Source: Cyanobacteria bacterium auto_48_18 (lineage in GTDB: Bacteria; Cyanobacteriota; Vampirovibrionia; Obscuribacterales; Obscuribacteraceae). From it: 64,000 nt of DNA. How positions within the stretch are numbered: the first letter of the stretch is position 1; each line of letters starts with the position of its first letter. Position numbers and translations under genes: made by a program. The notes beneath the pieces are model-generated. The model was not told where the DNA came from. It was given only the letters and a program-made list of their open reading frames with translations, and did not search any database. The stretch lies in NCBI GenBank assembly GCA_036170915.1, contig JAVHQC010000035.1, positions 160,001-224,000 of the forward strand. The letters run 5' to 3'. Below are positions 30,320 through 40,058 of this stretch, piece after piece.

Positions 30320-30961
30320 CTAATCGGAAATTCTTTCGCCAGTGGAAAGAAAATATACTCTTTTGGCAATGGAAGTACAGGCGTCGCCCATGCGTTCCAG
30401 AAAGCGTGAGCAAAAAAGAAACTGTGCTCGCATCTGTGCCTGGCCTGCTTCTTGCTCACCCAGGTTAGAAAGCAATTTCTTTGATAATACATCGTGCAAA
30501 TAATCCACGGTATTGTCGCTGGCCAAAATTTCTTTGGCTTTGGAGGCTGAGTCGGTAAGAAAACAAAGCAATAATTCTTGCACCATGTGATAAACAGCGG
30601 CAGCCATTTTCGGCAACTCATCAGGTATTTCTATTTCATCTTCAATGGCCCAGTTTGCAAACCTGGCCACTCGATTAGCATGATCGGCCAGCCTTTCGAA
30701 CTTTGCCGCAATCAAAGGAATACTAACCAGCGCGCGAATTTCTTTGGCACCGAACGTCTCTCGTTCAATCAGCATGTCTACACATTTTTCTTCAATTTCC
30801 TGGCAGAGTTTATTGATCTCTTCTTCCTGCCTTTCGATCATGGCAATATCTGCGCGCTTGTCGCCTTTGAGTAACCGTGTCACTTCGTAGACGGTAGTTT
30901 CAACCATACGCCCCAGCGTCAGCACTTCTTCTTTTATTAGTGTGATTGATTCTGTTTTCAC
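30320..30961 (-). CDS. phoU: Phosphate signalling protein PhoU
   Basis: Two PhoU repeats (FERLADHA, LERMGDAC.SIA); downstream of phoB/phoR-like genes. Confidence 0.9.
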   Translation of the reverse strand: MKTESITLIKEEVLTLGRMVETTVYEVTRLLKGDKRADIAMIERQEEEINKLCQEIEEKCVDMLIERETFGAKEIRALVSIPLIAAKFERLADHANRVARFANWAIEDEIEIPDELPKMAAAVYHMVQELLLCFLTDSASKAKEILASDNTVDYLHDVLSKKLLSNLGEQEAGQAQMRAQFLFCSRFLERMGDACTSIAKRVYFLSTGERISD

Positions 30962-31002
30962 TAATTATCTCCGTCAACAAACAATTTTCAATTCTAGTCA
31001 AA

Positions 31003-31707
31003 TCAGTCACTGGGTAAATTCAGGCGATAACCTGAGCGATGAACGGTTTCAAGCAAAGTCGGATTTTTGGCATCGTGCTCAAGTTTTTGTCTCAGCCAGC
31101 GAACATGCACTGCTACGGTTTTTACATCACCATCAAAATCAGTGCCCCAGACGCGATCTAGCAAGGCTTCTGTAGACAGAGCTTTGCCTACATTTTGCAT
31201 CAACACTTTGAGCAATTTAAATTCTCTCGGCGCAAGTTCAATATTTTTGCCGCGAAAAGTTACGCGTCTAGCGTCTTCGTCGAGTATCAACGTGCCCAGT
31301 TCTATACGCCCTTTAGCCGACCGCGCTTTTTCTTTAAGAGTGCGGCGAATCAGTGCGTCGAGTCTCGCCAAAAGCTCAACCATGCTAAATGGTTTGACCA
31401 AATAGTCATCAGCGCCTTGAGACAAACCATGAGCAATATCAGCCGGCGCCGATCTTCCGGTGAGCATTAAAATTGGAATATCAGGAGCCTGGGCTCTAAT
31501 CAGTGCACATAAGTCAGGCCCTTTCATATCAGGCAGCATCCAGTCGAGAATGACTAAATCTGGCAATACTTCTGTGAAGCGGGCGAGGCCGATGGCACCG
31601 TTATTGAAAGCAGTAACTTCAAAACCGTGGCGAGTGAGATTGTATGTCAGAGTTTCGACGATGGTTTCATCGTCGTCTACTATCTGAATTTTGATTTTGC
31701 TCGACAT
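31003..31707 (-). CDS. phoB: OmpR/PhoB family response regulator (PhoB/SphR-like)
   Basis: LDWMLP, GADDY.VKPF, KTV.VHVRWLRQKLE (SphR-like); operon with phoU. Confidence 0.85.
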   Translation of the reverse strand: MSSKIKIQIVDDDETIVETLTYNLTRHGFEVTAFNNGAIGLARFTEVLPDLVILDWMLPDMKGPDLCALIRAQAPDIPILMLTGRSAPADIAHGLSQGADDYLVKPFSMVELLARLDALIRRTLKEKARSAKGRIELGTLILDEDARRVTFRGKNIELAPREFKLLKVLMQNVGKALSTEALLDRVWGTDFDGDVKTVAVHVRWLRQKLEHDAKNPTLLETVHRSGYRLNLPSD

Positions 31708-31726
31708 TTTCTTTTGACCGGCTGAA

Positions 31727-32422
31727 TTACGGAAAGTCTATTCTAAATTTGGAGCCCAAGCCTTCTTGCGAAGTTACGGCAATCTTAGCACCGTGTAAAT
31801 CGACGATGTGTTTGACGATGGACAAACCAAGGCCTGTGCTGCCCCTTGTGCGGCCCCTGTCCACTCGGTAAAAACGTTGGAATATTTTGGGAATTTCAGC
31901 TTCGGCCATACCAATGCCTGAGTCTTGTACCTCAAGGTAAGGGGGCGGGCCGCCAGCGCGGATTACAACACTGCCTCCGGCCGGCGTAAATTTAATGGCA
32001 TTTTCCACCAGGTTAATTAAAACCTGATCTATTTGCTCTGCATTGGCAGACAATTCGAAACCTTTTTCTATCGCCAGTTTTAAGACCACGCCTTTTTCTT
32101 GCGCCATTTCTCGTGTAGTTTCAACCACATACTGAGCACGCTCGGCTATATCAACGGGAGCAAAGCGCATTTCATCACGCCCGCCCTGTAATTTTTCATG
32201 AGAAAGCAGGTCTGAGACAAGATTTTGCAAACGAGAGACTTCTTCTTTTGTGCGATTAAGCATGCGCATGGCCGTGATTGGGTCTTCTACGGCACCGTCA
32301 ATTAATGTCTCTACTAAAAGTTTGATATTAGCGAGAGGAAGCCTCAGTTCGTGAGACACCTCGGCAATCCAGTTATTATGCTCTTCTTCAGTAAGAGGAC
32401 GATTATCCATTATTTCACTCAA
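31727..32422 (-). CDS. Minimal HisKA + HATPase histidine kinase (PhoR/SphS-like)
   Basis: VSHELRLPL, NLVENAIKFT, D.G.G, FQRFYRVD, GTGLGLSIV; no sensor domain. Confidence 0.88.
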   Translation of the reverse strand: MSEIMDNRPLTEEEHNNWIAEVSHELRLPLANIKLLVETLIDGAVEDPITAMRMLNRTKEEVSRLQNLVSDLLSHEKLQGGRDEMRFAPVDIAERAQYVVETTREMAQEKGVVLKLAIEKGFELSANAEQIDQVLINLVENAIKFTPAGGSVVIRAGGPPPYLEVQDSGIGMAEAEIPKIFQRFYRVDRGRTRGSTGLGLSIVKHIVDLHGAKIAVTSQEGLGSKFRIDFP

Positions 32423-32704
32423 TGGCTACACCACAGGTAAAATCACAGGCAAATTCACAGGAGAAATCACATCTAAGATCATGGGCACCACCAGCGGTGC
32501 AAGTGCGAGCTCTGAAGTGAACAGGGGAGTGACCAGGGGAGCGACGAGAGACGCGACCACTGAAGCAAGTTCGCAAAACAGATTTGATTGCTGCTATTGA
32601 TTTCAATTGATGCGAACGGCGCTTTGGCATTGAATCGTATTTGACCCAGTAAAATGCACTAGAATCTTACTCAATTCAGAGCATTAATAGGGTTTTTAAA
32701 AATT

Positions 32705-34282
32705 ATGGGACCGGTAGTACTGGCAATTTTGGACGGATGGGGCATCATTGATGAAAAGAAAGGTAACGCTATTCTGGCGGCCCGCACTCCAAATTATGAC
32801 CTGTTGAAAACGCAGTATCTCTTCACGCATCTTCAAGCCTCCGGCGAGCATGTGGGTTTACCGCCAGGCTTGATGGGCAATTCCGAAGTGGGCCACTTAA
32901 CTATCGGCTCGGGGCGCACGGTCACCCAGAAGCTCACCTTAATTTCCAACACTATTGCTGATGGTACTTTCTTTGAAAATCCGTCCCTGGTGGCAGCCGC
33001 TGAAAACGTCAAGCATAGCGGCGGAGTGCTCCATATCATTGGGTTGCTTTCTGACGGTTGTGTGCACTCGAGCCCAGATCACCTCGACGGTTTGCTCGAG
33101 TTTGCCCGGCGTCATCAAATTAAAAGACTGATGGTGCATCCCATACTCGACGGCCGTGATACACCACCGCGCTCAGCCAAACGCTTTGTGCGCGAGCTAG
33201 AAGAAAAGCTAGCCAATTTCAATGGCGCCGCTGAAATTGGTGTGATTTGCGGACGTTACTATGCCATGGACCGAGATCAGCGATGGGAGAGGGTAAACAC
33301 TTACTGGCGCGCTTTAGTGTTGTCAGAAGGAACTCAAGGCAACACTCCTCAAGAAGCAATTGACCAGTCATACGCTGCCGATCTAGGTGACGAGTTTGTA
33401 ACCCCGCAAATTATCAACGCCGTACCTATAAAGGATGGCGACAGTGTGATTTGTTTCAATTTCCGCCCAGATCGTGTGCGCGAGATTTCCCGAGTGCTGA
33501 CGCAAGCTGATTTTGCCGAGTTCAACAGACCGATTGTGCCCAGCGTCTATTACGTATGCATGACCGAATATGATGAGCATTTGCATTTACCTGTGGCCTT
33601 CAGCCCTGAAGTTTTGCCTTCACAGGACCTCTTCAATACTTTGCCTGAAGTGATCTCTTGCCACCATATCGGCCAGTTTCACGCGGCGGAGACTGAAAAA
33701 TATGCCCACGTTACCTATTTCTTCAATGGTGGCAAAGAAGCCCCGGTCGACGGTGAAATCCGTGAATTGATTCCATCATTGAAAGTCGCCACCTACGATC
33801 TGGCACCAACCATGCGCACCCCTCAAGTATGTGACCTGGCCTGCCAAGCGATAAAGAGCGGAAAGTATCCATTTATAGTGCTCAATTTTGCCAATCCTGA
33901 CATGGTCGGCCATACGGGCATTATGGATGCAGCTGTACCAGCCGTAGAATCGGTAGACCTGGCATTTGGCCGATTGCTGGCAGCAGTGCAGGAGGCAAAC
34001 GGCACTCTAGTTGTAACGGCCGATCATGGCAATATCGAACAATTGATTGATTATAAGACGGGTGAACCGCACACGGCTCACACCACTAACCCGGTACCGC
34101 TTGTGGTGGCAAGCTTCCAGACCCCTTTATGTGATCCACTTAAACTCACCGGTGCCACCAGAACTGGCACTATGAAAAAACTCACACCTGGTGGCCTGGC
34201 AGACGTTGCTCCCACAATATTGGCAATCATGAATATCGACAAACCGGCTGAAATGACCGGCCGGTCATTGATATCCAACTGA
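32705..34282 (+). CDS. gpmI: 2,3-bisphosphoglycerate-independent phosphoglycerate mutase
   Basis: ILDGWG, MGNSEVGH, GRYYAMDRD, AETEKYAHVT, NPDMVGHTG, TADHGN, HT.NPVP. Confidence 0.98.
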   Translation: MGPVVLAILDGWGIIDEKKGNAILAARTPNYDLLKTQYLFTHLQASGEHVGLPPGLMGNSEVGHLTIGSGRTVTQKLTLISNTIADGTFFENPSLVAAAENVKHSGGVLHIIGLLSDGCVHSSPDHLDGLLEFARRHQIKRLMVHPILDGRDTPPRSAKRFVRELEEKLANFNGAAEIGVICGRYYAMDRDQRWERVNTYWRALVLSEGTQGNTPQEAIDQSYAADLGDEFVTPQIINAVPIKDGDSVICFNFRPDRVREISRVLTQADFAEFNRPIVPSVYYVCMTEYDEHLHLPVAFSPEVLPSQDLFNTLPEVISCHHIGQFHAAETEKYAHVTYFFNGGKEAPVDGEIRELIPSLKVATYDLAPTMRTPQVCDLACQAIKSGKYPFIVLNFANPDMVGHTGIMDAAVPAVESVDLAFGRLLAAVQEANGTLVVTADHGNIEQLIDYKTGEPHTAHTTNPVPLVVASFQTPLCDPLKLTGATRTGTMKKLTPGGLADVAPTILAIMNIDKPAEMTGRSLISN

Positions 34283-34525
34283 TCATTTTTCTGTATTGAA
34301 GAGCTATGCAAGTTTGCTTATGTAAGAACTGGGCTAGAAAAACCCAGGCAAAATCGGCACTGATATTTACAATACTTCTTTTCAAGAGGTTCAAATGCAA
34401 GAAAGAAAGGATATAATTCAACCGATTTCAGGTGGGCGAAATTTACTAGCTTTGCCACCATTGTCATTTTGAGAGAGCTCGCTGACAATATTTCATACAG
34501 GATTAGAAGGAGACGAATCGACCGC

Positions 34526-34768
34526 ATGATTACTTTGAGAAACCTAGCCCTGGCTGGCGCAAGCTTGGCCCTCGTAGCTTCCCTCGCAGCTTGCAGCGGC
34601 AGCACCGATACAACAACCAGCACCACTTCCACTACCACTGGAACTGGCACTGATGCTGCTACTACTACCGTCACAACCGGTACTGATGCTGCATCTACCA
34701 GCACAACAACAACACCAGCAGTTGAGACCTCTACAACTACTGCTACAACAACTGCCGAATCTCACTAG
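34526..34768 (+). CDS. Small Thr-rich lipoprotein
   Basis: AGGAG RBS; lipobox LAAC; mature part mostly Thr/Ser; own terminator. Confidence 0.8.
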   Translation: MITLRNLALAGASLALVASLAACSGSTDTTTSTTSTTTGTGTDAATTTVTTGTDAASTSTTTTPAVETSTTTATTTAESH

Positions 34769-34784
34769 AGATTCGTTAGACAAA

Positions 34785-34824
34785 AAATTGAAGCCCTTTC
34801 AGGAAACTGAAGGGGCTTTTCTTT
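34785..34824 (+). terminator. Rho-independent terminator
   Basis: aagccctttcag-gaaa-ctgaaggggctt followed by a T-rich tract. Confidence 0.85.
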
Positions 34825-34883
34825 GCGGAACATTTTAGTGCGCAATCGTCTCTGTATAATGTGTTTCACAAATAAGGGTGCCC

Positions 34884-35804
34884 ATGGCTATCTCCAAACT
34901 TATTTTTCAACTATTACTTTTGTCGCTCTTGTCTAATGCTGACGTCGCCCTGGCCCAGCAGCCGCCAGCGCCAGCGGCCATGCCCCCCATGACCCAGCCG
35001 CTTTCGGCTCCCACAGTTTCTTTTGTTGATATCAACTCTGGTCGCTTCGGCAAATTGGAAATTGATCTGCTTGATGGTCAATTTATGAATGGCGCCTGTG
35101 ACAATCTGCATCTGGTGGCACGCAACATGGACTTTGCCGCCGGAGAACTTAAGAGCCTCGACATCGATGTAAAAGGCGCCAACATCGACGATTTTCTTGT
35201 TGATAAACTCAGTCTCACAACTCAGGGCGCATTGAAATTCGACAGTGGTCTTTTGCTCAATCAAAAAACACTGCAATTCACCAGCCCGGCAACTGCACAG
35301 GTAACTGCCACCATTAGCCAGGATAGCCTCAATCGGTACCTGAAGGCACCAAGTACTCTCGATCGACTTTCATATACTGCCACCAAAAAAGGTGGCATGC
35401 TCGCCAATTTATTGGGCAGCGTCGGTGGCAATTTCGGCTTGACCATCACTGGCGCCAATATTGTTTTAGGCCGCAACAACAAGGTCAATATGACGGCTGA
35501 AGGTAAGGCCGGCATCGGGCAACTGGCACTACCCATCGCAGCTCAACTTGAAAGTCAGCTGTCGATTCAGGAAGGTTGGGTGCAACTATCTGATACCAAA
35601 CTCATGACCGCCGGCCAGGAAATTTCACCACAACTATCTGAGCTGCTGGTGAAAAAAATTAACAGCCTCTCAAATCTGGGCACTAAATCAGATGACATTC
35701 ACTTTAGCTTTACCGAACTCAAGGTTACGCCGGGCAAACAATTAGTGGCAACTGGAACGGCTCTAGTAAACCGCTTGCGCTTCGGCCGCAATCAGAATCA
35801 ATAA
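34884..35804 (+). CDS. LmeA/DUF2993-like exported phospholipid-binding protein
   Basis: Signal peptide ALA|QQ; 'ATISQDSLNRYL' motif; beta-rich body. Confidence 0.65.
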   Translation: MAISKLIFQLLLLSLLSNADVALAQQPPAPAAMPPMTQPLSAPTVSFVDINSGRFGKLEIDLLDGQFMNGACDNLHLVARNMDFAAGELKSLDIDVKGANIDDFLVDKLSLTTQGALKFDSGLLLNQKTLQFTSPATAQVTATISQDSLNRYLKAPSTLDRLSYTATKKGGMLANLLGSVGGNFGLTITGANIVLGRNNKVNMTAEGKAGIGQLALPIAAQLESQLSIQEGWVQLSDTKLMTAGQEISPQLSELLVKKINSLSNLGTKSDDIHFSFTELKVTPGKQLVATGTALVNRLRFGRNQNQ

Positions 35805-35892
35805 TCAAATGGAAAATCACTGACTATGAGCAAACAACGTTATATACTTAGCTTTCCAGTCACTTGCTTCAACTAGAAAGCGAGATTTTTGA

Positions 35893-36621
35893 ATGTATAA
35901 GCGGCGCGACAGCCGGCAATGGGACCAGCTTAGACCGGTCAAGTTTACGAGAAATTTCACCAAGAATGCAGACGGCTCAGTGCTGGTTGAAATTGGTGAT
36001 ACCAAAGTATTCTGCACCGCAAAAATCGAAGAGCGCGTACCCGCCTTTTTAATCGGCAAGGGTGAAGGTTGGATCACAGCCGAATATTCCATGCTGCCGG
36101 GCTCTACCTTGCAGCGCTCGCAAAGAGAAGTGACTCGAGGACAGGCCTCAGGCCGCACCAATGAAATTCAGCGCTTGATCGGTCGCTGTTTAAGAGCAGT
36201 GGTAGACCGCCGCGCTTTGGGCGAGCGTACCATCACAATTGACTGCGATGTTTTGCAGGCTGACGCCGGCACTCGTGTCTCTTCCATCTGTGGCGGTTTT
36301 TTGGCACTTTATGATGCGTTGAGCAAACTGCGTAAAGCTGGTGTGTTTGATGAGTTGCCGATTACCGAGCACATGGCGGCAGTTTCAGTGGTGCAAATCA
36401 ACGGCCAGCTATTGCTTGACCCTAACTACAGCGAAGACTCGCAAGCGGAGATGGACAGCAACATAGTTCTGACCGAATCGGGCAAAATTCTCGAATTGCA
36501 GATGACCTCTGAAACCAAACCTTATGACGCCGCCAAGCTGACCGATTTGATGCTCCTTGCCAACAAAGGTGTGAAAGAGATCATCAGCATGCAGCAACAA
36601 ATTATCAATAAACGCAATTAG
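35893..36621 (+). CDS. rph: Ribonuclease PH
   Basis: GWITAEYSMLPGST, SGRT.EIQRLIGR.LR, DCDVLQADAGTR. Confidence 0.96.
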   Translation: MYKRRDSRQWDQLRPVKFTRNFTKNADGSVLVEIGDTKVFCTAKIEERVPAFLIGKGEGWITAEYSMLPGSTLQRSQREVTRGQASGRTNEIQRLIGRCLRAVVDRRALGERTITIDCDVLQADAGTRVSSICGGFLALYDALSKLRKAGVFDELPITEHMAAVSVVQINGQLLLDPNYSEDSQAEMDSNIVLTESGKILELQMTSETKPYDAAKLTDLMLLANKGVKEIISMQQQIINKRN

Positions 36622-36647
36622 AGAAAAACCTCGAGTTTTTCTGTAAG
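36618..36647. repeat. 30-bp palindromic element, copy 1 (TTAGAGAAAAACCTCGAGTTTTTCTGTAAG)
   Basis: 29/30 identical to 39796-39825; overlaps rph stop codon. Confidence 0.9.
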
Positions 36648-36831
36648 GCCGTTTTTGCGCCATTTTTGCAGAAATTGAGAACCGGACATTTAAGCAATGT
36701 CACATGAATCTTAAATTTGTTCGCTTTCCTGCTGACAACACAGCATAAGGCTATACACTTAAGAGCGACGCGGCAAGTAAAGTAATTGCGCAATACACCA
36801 TGGCGTAAGTGGCAAGTGACGATTCAAGCAA

Positions 36832-38397
36832 GTGACAATTCAAGAAAGTATCGATTTTAATCCAGAAGAGTTCAACCCAATTCGGGAGAGCTTTAGAGAC
36901 GTGAGCCCTATGCGGCTTGTCCTCTCTACTCTAGCGGTGTTCGAACGCATTCGCAAACTGCAGGGATGGAAAGGCGCGCTGCGAGTCATTCCTATTGTCT
37001 GGACGATTATCTGGTCAGTCAAAGGTTTTTCGCGTTTTCATGCCGAAGAGTTTGAACGTGCCAGCCGCGGCGACGCCGTGGACGACGTTGAAGAAGCAGC
37101 ACTGACCAACAAAGACTACGAACAATACAGAGAATTGGGCCGCTGGCTTTGCAGGCGTCTCAACGCCCTCGGTCCAACTTTTGTCAAAATTGGACAGACT
37201 TTGTCTACCAGAGCAGATTTGCTCCCGCTGCCAGCCATGCTTGAGCTGACTCGGCTGCAAGAAAACGTTGATCAATTTCCAACTGAGACCGCTCGAGCAA
37301 TTATCGTTCGCGAATTAGGCGCTCAGCCAGAAGAGCTCTACAAAGAATTCAACAATGTACCGATTGCCGCCGCCAGCTTGTCGCAGGCTTACCGGGCCAC
37401 GTTGGAAGACGGCCGTGATGTTGTCGTAAAGGTGCAGAGACCAGATCTAAGTAGCATCATCGTCATGGATGTGCAGATTCTTGCTGCTGTGGCCGACGAA
37501 GTGATGAAGTATCCCAGCCTTTGCCGCCACACGGAATGGCCAGGTGTGGTGGACGAATTTGCTAAAACTATTTTTGAAGAAATCGATTATATTCGCGAAG
37601 GCCGCAACGCGGACATTTTCAGGAGTTCGTATCGTAATTTCGATCGCATCTATATTCCTCGCATTGTCTGGAAACTGACAGGTCGTCGAGTTCTAACTAT
37701 CGAATACGTCTCAGGCATTCCCATCAATGATGCCGCAGGCATTGCTGCCATGGGCCTTGACGCTGAAGAAATTACAAAAATTGGCGCCAATTTCTACTTG
37801 CGTCAATTGCTTGAAGAAGGATTTTTCCACGCAGACCCGCACCCGGGCAACATGCGAGTGATGGAAGATGGCCGCGTGGGTATTTTTGATTTTGGCATGG
37901 TGGGTCGCATCACCCCTGAGCTCAAACAGCACATGGTCAATGCTTTCATGCATACCATTCAAAGAGACTACCGTGAGCTTGTGGACGACTTTGTCGGCAT
38001 GGGTTTCCTCAAACCAGAAGCCGATCGCGATGCTCTATGTCGCGACCTCGCGCCCATCATCGACGCCCGTTTTGCTGATGGTATGAGCAAAGTGCGTTTC
38101 CGTAAAATGCTTTTCGACTTCTCTGAAGTCTGCTTCGCTTATCCTTTCCGCCTGCCATCTGAGTTTACTTATGTCATGCGCGCCTTACTGACACTGGAAG
38201 GCATTGCGCTGACCATTAATCCGAAATTCAATTTTGTTGATGCTGCTATGCCTTTTGCTCACAGACTGGTGATGAAAAACAATCAGTTCCTTGGCCAGGC
38301 AATCTTCAAAGAAGTATTCACTGACGGCAAGTTTAATCGCCGCGCAGCCATTAAACTAATTAAGTCGGCAGCCCAACTCACAAGCTCACTGCTCTAA
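36832..38397 (+). CDS. ABC1/AarF/UbiB family atypical kinase
   Basis: LGPTFVKIGQ.LSTRADL, PIAAASL.Q, VVVKVQRP, FFHADPHPGN, DFGM. Confidence 0.95.
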   Translation: MTIQESIDFNPEEFNPIRESFRDVSPMRLVLSTLAVFERIRKLQGWKGALRVIPIVWTIIWSVKGFSRFHAEEFERASRGDAVDDVEEAALTNKDYEQYRELGRWLCRRLNALGPTFVKIGQTLSTRADLLPLPAMLELTRLQENVDQFPTETARAIIVRELGAQPEELYKEFNNVPIAAASLSQAYRATLEDGRDVVVKVQRPDLSSIIVMDVQILAAVADEVMKYPSLCRHTEWPGVVDEFAKTIFEEIDYIREGRNADIFRSSYRNFDRIYIPRIVWKLTGRRVLTIEYVSGIPINDAAGIAAMGLDAEEITKIGANFYLRQLLEEGFFHADPHPGNMRVMEDGRVGIFDFGMVGRITPELKQHMVNAFMHTIQRDYRELVDDFVGMGFLKPEADRDALCRDLAPIIDARFADGMSKVRFRKMLFDFSEVCFAYPFRLPSEFTYVMRALLTLEGIALTINPKFNFVDAAMPFAHRLVMKNNQFLGQAIFKEVFTDGKFNRRAAIKLIKSAAQLTSSLL

Positions 38398-38405
38398 ATT
38401 CAATA

Positions 38406-39770
38406 TTGAAGAATTCTCGAAAACTGCTGGCCCTCCTGCTAGACCTAGTTACGCTCGTGCTCGTGCTGACAGCAGGCTTTGCTGTGGTGACAAACCTTGG
38501 CCAGACCCTGGCAAAGAACGCCAACGTGTACACCACTGCTGCCAACGGCAGTTTTCAGCACATTGATTTCATCAGCTATTACATGGCCGGCACCCTCGCT
38601 CGTGCGGACAGCGAAACCCGCCTCAAAGCATATGATCCGGCAGTACAGCTCAGACTTTACAACGCAATTATTGCTCCGGCAAAAATCGATAGACCAATTT
38701 TTCTCAACTATCCACCATACGCATTCAGTCTGATGGTGCCATTTACTTTTCTGCCACTGCGCGTAGCCTATCTGCTCTGGGATACTCTTTCTTTACTAGC
38801 TGGTATTGCCGCCTTAATTTGGGCCGGTAGGACAGCCGGCAAAATCACCAATTATCCGAAGTCAGCGCTGGCAGCACTGGCCTGCTTATTTGCTCTTTCC
38901 TTTCCGGGTTGCGACGCTCTAATGGACGGCCAGCTTACCTGGTGGTTCATTGCTTTAATTGCCCTTGCTTATGTAGGCCTCAAGCGTAATAACGATTATT
39001 TAGCCGGCGCAGCCACGGCTATGCTTGCCTTAAAACCACACTTTTTCCTTTTTATGGTGATACCGCTCTTAGTATCAAAGCGCAAAAAGGCAATTTTCAC
39101 CTGCGCAGCAGTAATGAGTATTTTGCTTCTACTTGCCGCTGCCAACCTGGGTTTTGAGAATGTCTTGAATTATCCCAAAATTGTTCTGGCAGGAGAAAAT
39201 GTAGAATTATGCCCCATGACTTTTCCTGAGCGCATGGTTTGTTTGCGCGGACCGGCCAGCATTTTTCTCAACCATGATTGGTATATGCGCCTTGCTTTTG
39301 GCGGCTTCATTGTCGGCCTTGGCGCTTACTTTTTTATTTTCAAAAAAACCTTTCAAAAGGCGCCTGGACTCAGTTTGGAGACGGCATACGGCCTGGCTAT
39401 TCCCATTCTACTTACTCTCAGCCCTCACATGCACGTTTATGATTGTGCACTACTGGCAATACCAGCGGTTTTGCTCCTTCCTTCTATCAGGCCTTCGCAA
39501 TTGCTGAGAGAAAAACCTCTGGCTTTTAAACTCTATAGCTTACTAATTTGTTCCTACTTTTTACTTTCCTGGCTGATTATGGTTTGCGCTCCAGGCCTGG
39601 GCGCTCTCTTACCTGCTGACCTGCAAGCAAAGCTCAGCGTCAATGATATTCCTTGCGCCCTGCTTAGTTTTTACGTTTATCTGATGGTTGATGTGGTGCT
39701 CTTTGTTTTACTGGCAGCTTCTGCTTTTTCGGAGCCTCATCCGGTTGCAAGGCCTGAGCAGGCTGAGTGA
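38406..39770 (+). CDS. GT87/DUF2029 polytopic membrane glycosyltransferase
   Basis: DF.SYY.AG, YPP, GQ, LKP, SPH...YD motifs; many TM helices. Confidence 0.85.
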   Translation: MKNSRKLLALLLDLVTLVLVLTAGFAVVTNLGQTLAKNANVYTTAANGSFQHIDFISYYMAGTLARADSETRLKAYDPAVQLRLYNAIIAPAKIDRPIFLNYPPYAFSLMVPFTFLPLRVAYLLWDTLSLLAGIAALIWAGRTAGKITNYPKSALAALACLFALSFPGCDALMDGQLTWWFIALIALAYVGLKRNNDYLAGAATAMLALKPHFFLFMVIPLLVSKRKKAIFTCAAVMSILLLLAAANLGFENVLNYPKIVLAGENVELCPMTFPERMVCLRGPASIFLNHDWYMRLAFGGFIVGLGAYFFIFKKTFQKAPGLSLETAYGLAIPILLTLSPHMHVYDCALLAIPAVLLLPSIRPSQLLREKPLAFKLYSLLICSYFLLSWLIMVCAPGLGALLPADLQAKLSVNDIPCALLSFYVYLMVDVVLFVLLAASAFSEPHPVARPEQAE

Positions 39771-39795
39771 GAACTCTCATGGCTTTTTTTATGAT

Positions 39796-39825
39796 TTACA
39801 GAAAAACCTCGAGTTTTTCTGTAAG
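39796..39825. repeat. 30-bp palindromic element, copy 2 (TTACAGAAAAAC-CTCGA-GTTTTTCTGTAA-G)
   Basis: Perfect 12-bp inverted arms with 5-bp spacer. Confidence 0.9.
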
Positions 39826-40058
39826 CAGTGCAAAGTCATTTTTGACCCCCTCAGGGTAACTCTTAACAAACTCTGCAACTTCAAAGCAGAAAGTTACGGT
39901 TTTTGGCCCTTTTCGACCCCACAATCTTAAGAAATTTCTAGTCAGATGCAAAAATGTGCTGTCTAGCCTCAAAATAAACGAAGACAAGTGATGTCGCGCT
40001 GGAACCAGGCCGTTCATTGTTAGTCTCCTGCTTTAGACCGTGACCTGAACTAAGAGGT

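Noticed and set aside
36618..36647. Palindrome as BlaI/CopY operator
   Set aside because: TACA and TGTA half-sites are about 19 bp apart rather than the close TACAnnTGTA spacing
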